A stretch of DNA of 60,637 nucleotides from an uncultured Novosphingobium sp. GTDB taxonomy: Bacteria; Pseudomonadota; Alphaproteobacteria; Sphingomonadales; Sphingomonadaceae. Position numbers and translations under genes: made by a program. Positions 55,323 to 60,637 of the stretch are shown in pieces. Location: positions 3,759-64,395 of the forward strand of contig CAZVHM010000002.1 of the NCBI GenBank assembly GCA_964627175.1. Reading direction: 5' to 3'. Each line of letters starts with the position of its first letter. Within the stretch, counting starts at the first letter, position 1. The notes below the pieces were generated by a model, which saw nothing but the letters and a program-made list of their open reading frames with translations, did no database searches and was not told the origin of the DNA.

Positions 55323-56345
55323 ATGGCCCAACATGCCCCCGCTCCTGCCCATCGGATAGACAATCGCCTGCCGGGCCTCGACATCCTTCGCGCCATCGCC
55401 GCGCTGATGGTTGTGATCATGCACGCCGGCGCGATCTGGCCAGGCGGGCCACACGTAGCGAGTTCATCGTACCTTGCGGTCGATTTCTTTTTTCTCCTGT
55501 CCGGCTTCGTTATGGGCCGAACCTATGAAAGACGGATGATTGCCGGCACGCTCGGCCCTTGGACATTCCTGATTGCCCGCTATCGCCGTCTTTGGCCGAC
55601 AATGACGGTCGGCGCAGTCATCTCGATCCCTTTCCTGTGGCGCGACAGCGAGAACTGGGTGGATTTTCTGGCTGCAGCATTGCCCAATGTGCTGTTGTTG
55701 CCAAGTTTCGCTGCCTCCGTGCTGTTTGCGCTGAACACGCCGGCGTGGTCGATCTTTTTCGAACTGGCCGCCAATCTCGGCCACGCACTGGGCATTTTCC
55801 GCCTGCGCCAGCGCGAACTCGCCGCCGTGGCGCTGGCCTGCTTCATCGCGCTGATCACATGCGCGATCGCCTATGGCACGCTGGATCTCGGCGCGCGCCC
55901 GTCCAATATGGGCTGGGGCTTTGCCCGTGTCGGCTTTTCCTATGCGCTAGGCCTGCTGTTGTGGCGCTGGCATGGAGATCGCCCGCCACTGCGGGTGCCG
56001 CCGATCCTTGCCCTATGCACAATGCCCGTGCTGTTCGTGATTGCGGATCCCGCATCGCTGCGCGGAGCCGCATTTGACCTCGGTTTCGTGGCGCTTGGCG
56101 GCCCGCTGCTGCTTTGGGGCGGACTCGCCTTGCGTATCGCCGCAATCGGGCTGCGGAACATGGCCCTTATGCTCGGCGCAACCTCTTTCCCGCTCTATGC
56201 GGTACATTATCCCGTGTTGCTGGGCGCCGAATGGTTTGGCATGCCCATATATGCAGGTCCGGCCTGCGCCGTTGCTGCTGGCCTGCTGACCACATGGGCA
56301 ATGGGAGGCTTTGATCACATCAAAAGAACACTGCCCACATTTTGA
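55323..56345 (+). CDS. Acyltransferase family 3 (OafA-like)
   Basis: 'LDILRAIAA', 'YLAVDFFFLLSGFV', 'R.RRL.P', 'N.PAWS', 'SFPLYAVH'. Confidence 0.9.
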   Translation: MAQHAPAPAHRIDNRLPGLDILRAIAALMVVIMHAGAIWPGGPHVASSSYLAVDFFFLLSGFVMGRTYERRMIAGTLGPWTFLIARYRRLWPTMTVGAVISIPFLWRDSENWVDFLAAALPNVLLLPSFAASVLFALNTPAWSIFFELAANLGHALGIFRLRQRELAAVALACFIALITCAIAYGTLDLGARPSNMGWGFARVGFSYALGLLLWRWHGDRPPLRVPPILALCTMPVLFVIADPASLRGAAFDLGFVALGGPLLLWGGLALRIAAIGLRNMALMLGATSFPLYAVHYPVLLGAEWFGMPIYAGPACAVAAGLLTTWAMGGFDHIKRTLPTF

Positions 56346-56374
56346 TGTGAATGTAAGATTGCAAAACACATCAA
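56315..56374. promoter_or_regulatory. Three CACATCAA boxes in alternating orientation upstream of HTH-ribB (putative operator)
   Basis: TCACATCAAAA (56315-56325) and TTTTGATGTGA (56340-56350) form a perfect inverted repeat. A third CACATCAA lies at 56367-56374. Confidence 0.6.
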
Positions 56375-56394
56375 TCTGCATTAACTGACACGGC

Positions 56395-57657
56395 ATGAGC
56401 AACACCATCATCGAACAGGTCCGCGAACTCGTTCTGGCTGGCAGCGTTACGCGCGCCGGGCTTGCACGGGCCGCCGGTCTTCACGCCAACACCCTGCGCG
56501 ATTGCACGGATGCAGAGTGGAACCCCACCGCTGAGACGCTGAACAAGCTCTCACGCTATCTTGCCTCGAACGATGACCGCCAAGTGATCGTGCCGATCGA
56601 GGAAATCATCGACGAGGCGCGCAATGGCCGCATGTTCATTCTGGTCGACGATGAAGACCGCGAGAACGAAGGCGACCTGGTCATCCCGGCACAGATGGCA
56701 ACCCCGGCCGCTATCAACTTCATGGCCACGCATGGCCGCGGCCTGATCTGTCTTGCCCTCACCGGCGACCGCTGCGACCAACTCGGCCTCACGCCGATGG
56801 CGCCGAAGAACGGAACGCGCCACGAAACAGCTTTCACCGTCTCCATCGAGGCGCGCGAAGGTGTAACCACCGGCATTTCAGCGGCTGATCGCGCGCGCAC
56901 TATCAACGTCGCCATCGATGGCCTCAAGGGCAAGGAAGATATCGTCTCGCCCGGCCATGTGTTCCCCTTGCGCGCCAGGGATGGCGGCGTGCTCGTGCGG
57001 ACCGGTCACACCGAGGCAGCAGTCGATATCTCGCGTCTTGCCGGCCTCAATCCTTCTGGCGTGATCTGCGAGATCATGAAGGACGACGGCACAATGGCAC
57101 GGATGGACGATCTCGTCGCGTTCGCCCGTATTCACGATCTCAAGATCGGAACCATTCGCGATCTGATCGAATACCGGCGCCGCAACGATCATCTGGTCGA
57201 ATGCGTAACCGAAGGGCCGTTCGATTCGGACTACGGCGGCGAATGGACGATCCGTTCGTACCGCGACAAGGTTAGCCACACCCATCACATCGTGCTGCAA
57301 AAGGGCCGCGTCCTGCCGGATGAACCCACCCTGGTGCGGATGCACGCCGTGGCGATGCTGGACGATGTGCTGGGCCGCCCCAGCCCGCGCAAGCGTATCC
57401 TCCAGCGCGCGATGGAAGAAATCGGCCGCGCTGGCTCTGGCGTGATCGTGATGCTGATGCCTGAAAACCGGGATGAGATCGCCCGCGAGATCGTCGGCGA
57501 TACCAGCACGATGGACTTGCGCTCCTATGGTATCGGCGCCCAGATCCTCTCCGATCTCGGCGTGCAAGACATGATCCTCTTGACCAATTCGCACCGTCAC
57601 GTTGTCGCGATCGAAGGCTATGGCCTGACCATCGTTGGCGAACAGCCGATTGCCTGA
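56395..57657 (+). CDS. ribB: 3,4-dihydroxy-2-butanone 4-phosphate synthase with N-terminal HTH and degenerate GTP cyclohydrolase II domain
   Basis: 'VDDEDRENEGD', 'TTGISAADR', 'RTGHTEA', 'VICEI'. The C-terminal domain lacks the Zn cysteines. Confidence 0.93.
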   Translation: MSNTIIEQVRELVLAGSVTRAGLARAAGLHANTLRDCTDAEWNPTAETLNKLSRYLASNDDRQVIVPIEEIIDEARNGRMFILVDDEDRENEGDLVIPAQMATPAAINFMATHGRGLICLALTGDRCDQLGLTPMAPKNGTRHETAFTVSIEAREGVTTGISAADRARTINVAIDGLKGKEDIVSPGHVFPLRARDGGVLVRTGHTEAAVDISRLAGLNPSGVICEIMKDDGTMARMDDLVAFARIHDLKIGTIRDLIEYRRRNDHLVECVTEGPFDSDYGGEWTIRSYRDKVSHTHHIVLQKGRVLPDEPTLVRMHAVAMLDDVLGRPSPRKRILQRAMEEIGRAGSGVIVMLMPENRDEIAREIVGDTSTMDLRSYGIGAQILSDLGVQDMILLTNSHRHVVAIEGYGLTIVGEQPIA

Positions 57658-57672
57658 ACGAAAGTCCTCTCC

Positions 57673-58095
57673 ATGGCCCGCATTCTCATCGTCGAAGCTC
57701 GATTCTACGACCACCTGAACGATATGCTGGTGAGCGGCGCCAAGGCCGCCATCACCGCTGCAGGCCACACGGCCGACGTCATCACCGTGCCTGGCGCGCT
57801 TGAAATCCCCGCAGCCATCTCGCTGGCGGACCAGACCGGAGACTACGACGGTTACGTAGCGATCGGTGTGGTCATTCGCGGCGAAACCTACCACTTCGAG
57901 ATCGTTGCTGGAGAAAGTGCACGCGGGATCATGGCGCTGACCATGGACGGGGTCGCCATCGGCAACGGCATTCTCACAGTGGAAAACGAAGAGCAGGCAC
58001 TCGTTCGTGCCGACCCGGCCCAGAAGGACAAGGGTGGCGAAGCTGCCAAGGCTGCACTTGCCCTGTTGGCCCTGAAGGAAAAGTTCGGCGTCTGA
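57673..58095 (+). CDS. ribH: 6,7-dimethyl-8-ribityllumazine synthase
   Basis: 'VPGALEIP', '[12 protein letters not shown]', 'KGGEAA'. Confidence 0.96.
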   Translation: MARILIVEARFYDHLNDMLVSGAKAAITAAGHTADVITVPGALEIPAAISLADQTGDYDGYVAIGVVIRGETYHFEIVAGESARGIMALTMDGVAIGNGILTVENEEQALVRADPAQKDKGGEAAKAALALLALKEKFGV

Positions 58096-58108
58096 TGCAC
58101 AAACACCC

Positions 58109-58136
58109 GTGGGGCAGGTCAAACGATCTGCCCCAC
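58109..58136. terminator. Hairpin between convergent ribH and peptidase
   Basis: GTGGGGCAG...CTGCCCCAC with only a weak U-tract. Confidence 0.5.
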
Positions 58137-58228
58137 AATGTGTGGCGTAGGGCAAGGAAAGCGCCTTCAGTCAAGATCGCTGGCGAACGCGAATGATTTA
58201 ATCACAGCCCTCCGGGCACGAGCCCAGA

Positions 58229-60337
58229 TTACCAGATGCGAACGCGCTTTTCCGGGGGAAGATAGAGCTTGTCTCCCGGCTGCACATCAAACGCGCGGTA
58301 CCATGCATCGACGTTACGTACGGTGAGCGCCCGATACTGAGCGGGCGCATGCCCGTCAGTGGCAATCCGCCCCCGTAAGGCTGCGTCCCGGTACTTGGTC
58401 GCCCAGCTCTGGGCATAAGCGATAAAGAACCGCTGATCGCCGGTGAAACCGTCAATGACCGGCGGCTCCTTGCCATTGAGCGAGGCACGATAGGCATCCC
58501 ACGCAGCCGCAAGGCCCGCCACATCAGCGATGTTCTCACCAAGCGTCAGCTTCCCGTTCACCGCCAGATCGGGAAACGGGCGATAGTGACCATACTGCTC
58601 CGCCAGCGCCTTGCCCTGACGGGCAAATCTTGCAGCGTCGCTCGCTGTCCACCAGTTCCGCAGCTTGCCTTCAGCATCGAAGGCTGCGCCGTTGTTGTCG
58701 AAACTGTGACTGATCTCGTGCCCGATGATCGCACCGATCGCGCCATAGTTGAACGCCGGGTCGGCACGACCGTCGAAGAATGGCCGCTGCAGGATCGCGG
58801 CCGGGAAATTCATCGCATTCTGCAACGGCAGGTTCACCGCATTGACCGTCTGGACATTCATCCACCATTCGCGGGGGTCCTGCGCCTTGCCGATCTTGGC
58901 AAGCTGCCGGGCCCGGCGATTCTGGCCAGCCGCGATCTTGTTCGGGTAGGCGGCGCCCGGCTGAACGGAGAAGCCTGAATAATCCTTCCAGGTATCGGGA
59001 TATCCCACGCCCACCTGCATGCGGCGAACTTTCTCGATCGCATGGTCGCGGGTCTTGGGCGCCATCCACTCCAGCCTCGCGATCCGGCGCTCGAAGGCGG
59101 CCTTGATCCCGCTCACCATGCGCTCGATCTCGCGCCGGGCCGCCGCACTGAAATATTGGTCAACATACAGCTTGCCGAGCGCATCGCCCAACGCATCGCT
59201 GACCGCATCTACTCCCCGCCGCTCGCGGGATTGCGGGGTTGCGGTACCTTTCAGCGCCATCCCATAGAAAGCGAAATGGATCTGGTCGAAGCGCGAAGGC
59301 AGCACATCGGCATTCTGGTTAAGCTGATGGAACGCAAGCCAATCCTTCCAGGCATTGATCGGTTCGCGCGCCACCAGCCCGGCCAGTCGCGCAACAGCCT
59401 GCGGATGATAAGCAATTACCCCCTGATCAACTGGCAAACCGGCTGCCGCGAAAAACTCCGCCCAATCGATTCCTGGCGCCCGGCGGGTCAGTTCGGTCAA
59501 AGTCCATTCCGGCAGCGCGCGAGTGAAATCCTCGCTCTGCGCCCGTGCCGCATGGGCCTCGGCTATCTTCATTTCCAAAGCGAAGACCCGCTCCGCCCTC
59601 AATGAACTGTCAGCCATGCCTGCGGCTGAAAACATCGCAGCGATGTGATCGCGATACTTCGTGCGTATGGTCGCCATGCGCGGTTCCGAGGAAAGATAGT
59701 ATTCCCGCTCCGGCAAGCCCAACCCACCCTGCAGCAGGTAGGGAACGACCGTTTCGCCTGCCTGCGAGCGGCTAACGAACAGACCAAACAGGTTTTCCGT
59801 GAAGAAATCCGTGTTGTTGAACGGATCGACATCAGCGCGCAGTTGTTCGCCCAGCACGCGTGAAAGGCTACTCACATCGGTCACTGCGTCGAACCTGGAC
59901 AGGTCCGCCCGCACAGGCCCCATCCCTGCAGCATCGATCGCCGCCGTATCGATATATGCACTGTAATAGGTGCGAACCCGCCCCGGATTGCTGTCGGGCG
60001 CGGCGTTACCCTTGACGATGTCGTCGATCAGCCGCGCCAGCCGCGTGGCGGTTTCCTGGTCTGCCATGGTAAAGGCGCCAAACTGCGACCTGTCGGCAGG
60101 AATCTCCGCCTTCCGCAACCAGGTACCATTGGCATAGCCGAAAAAGTCGTCGCCCGGCTTGATGGTCTTGTCCATCGCCGCAACGTCGATCCCCAGCCCG
60201 GTGCCGGGGTTGCGGCCATCGTCTTCCTCCTCGCTGGCGGAACAACCGGAAGCGCCGAACAGCGGAACCGCAAGTGCCAGCGCAAGCGCCGCAACAAGGC
60301 CCCGACTTGTCCGGGAGGATTGGCGTGGTTCGGTCAT
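58229..60337 (-). CDS. M13-family (neprilysin/PepO-like) zinc metallopeptidase, probable lipoprotein
   Basis: 'PGDDFF.YANG.W', 'VNA', HEISH, 'GENIAD', lipobox-like 'ASGC'. Confidence 0.93.
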   Translation of the reverse strand: MTEPRQSSRTSRGLVAALALALAVPLFGASGCSASEEEDDGRNPGTGLGIDVAAMDKTIKPGDDFFGYANGTWLRKAEIPADRSQFGAFTMADQETATRLARLIDDIVKGNAAPDSNPGRVRTYYSAYIDTAAIDAAGMGPVRADLSRFDAVTDVSSLSRVLGEQLRADVDPFNNTDFFTENLFGLFVSRSQAGETVVPYLLQGGLGLPEREYYLSSEPRMATIRTKYRDHIAAMFSAAGMADSSLRAERVFALEMKIAEAHAARAQSEDFTRALPEWTLTELTRRAPGIDWAEFFAAAGLPVDQGVIAYHPQAVARLAGLVAREPINAWKDWLAFHQLNQNADVLPSRFDQIHFAFYGMALKGTATPQSRERRGVDAVSDALGDALGKLYVDQYFSAAARREIERMVSGIKAAFERRIARLEWMAPKTRDHAIEKVRRMQVGVGYPDTWKDYSGFSVQPGAAYPNKIAAGQNRRARQLAKIGKAQDPREWWMNVQTVNAVNLPLQNAMNFPAAILQRPFFDGRADPAFNYGAIGAIIGHEISHSFDNNGAAFDAEGKLRNWWTASDAARFARQGKALAEQYGHYRPFPDLAVNGKLTLGENIADVAGLAAAWDAYRASLNGKEPPVIDGFTGDQRFFIAYAQSWATKYRDAALRGRIATDGHAPAQYRALTVRNVDAWYRAFDVQPGDKLYLPPEKRVRIW

Positions 60338-60637
60338 CAATCCTCTTGGCCTGCGTATCGCAGCTTCAACGGCGATCTTCCCTATAAGCGCTGCTCCGAT
60401 CCGCCGCCACCGTGAAAAGCGCCCCTTCAACCGAGGGGCAATCGCTGCAAGTTGGCAACGATTTTCACAAGCACGCCAGTAATTCGAATCGCCACCCATC
60501 CCCAATAGCGCTATCCGCAAAAGCCACGGCATGCAGAGCAAGGCTTTCTGCAGACGTTCGCTCCATAACGGTCAACGCCAGATCCCGGCAGGCAGCGTTT
60601 ACGAGCGGTGGAAATGTCCGAATTCATGCTGATCCGC

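Noticed and set aside
56346-56394. FMN riboswitch upstream of ribB
   Set aside because: The gap is only 49 bp and has no RFN consensus.
1-60637. CRISPR array, tRNA/rRNA, integrase or IS marking a mobile island
   Set aside because: None was seen. The only exact repeat is a single 19-bp duplication, so mobility of the region is not demonstrated.

Overview
High-GC alphaproteobacterial DNA that looks sphingomonad/Novosphingobium-like (many TonB-dependent receptors, lig-type genes, HTH-RibB). Positions ~1-53.5 kb form a large aromatic-catabolism region. The left part (1-21.4 kb) holds uptake, efflux and side-chain oxidation genes: 2 TBDRs, 5 MFS, 2 SDRs, an MBL hydrolase, a PQQ quinohemoprotein ADH, a GMC oxidoreductase and an ALDH. 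The core (21.4-53.5 kb) has tandem GntR regulators, LigZ/LigY/LigW-like biphenyl-type ring-fission enzymes, a phthalate-dioxygenase-type Rieske oxygenase, three RraA/HMG-aldolase genes, a flavin monooxygenase-cytochrome b561-reductase-DoxX operon, a VOC extradiol dioxygenase, a glycerate-assimilation pair, an AAHS transporter, a third TBDR and an uncharacterised DUF6152/DUF6644-like periplasmic module. Most core promoter regions share a TG(C/G)TATAC(A/C) motif. A modA/modC deletion scar (~53.6-54.1 kb) is followed by more ordinary genes: AcuI-like reductase, acyltransferase, HTH-ribB, ribH and an M13 peptidase. I saw no rRNA, tRNA, CRISPR array, integrase or IS. Family calls come from motif recognition and recalled sequences, not from database searches.
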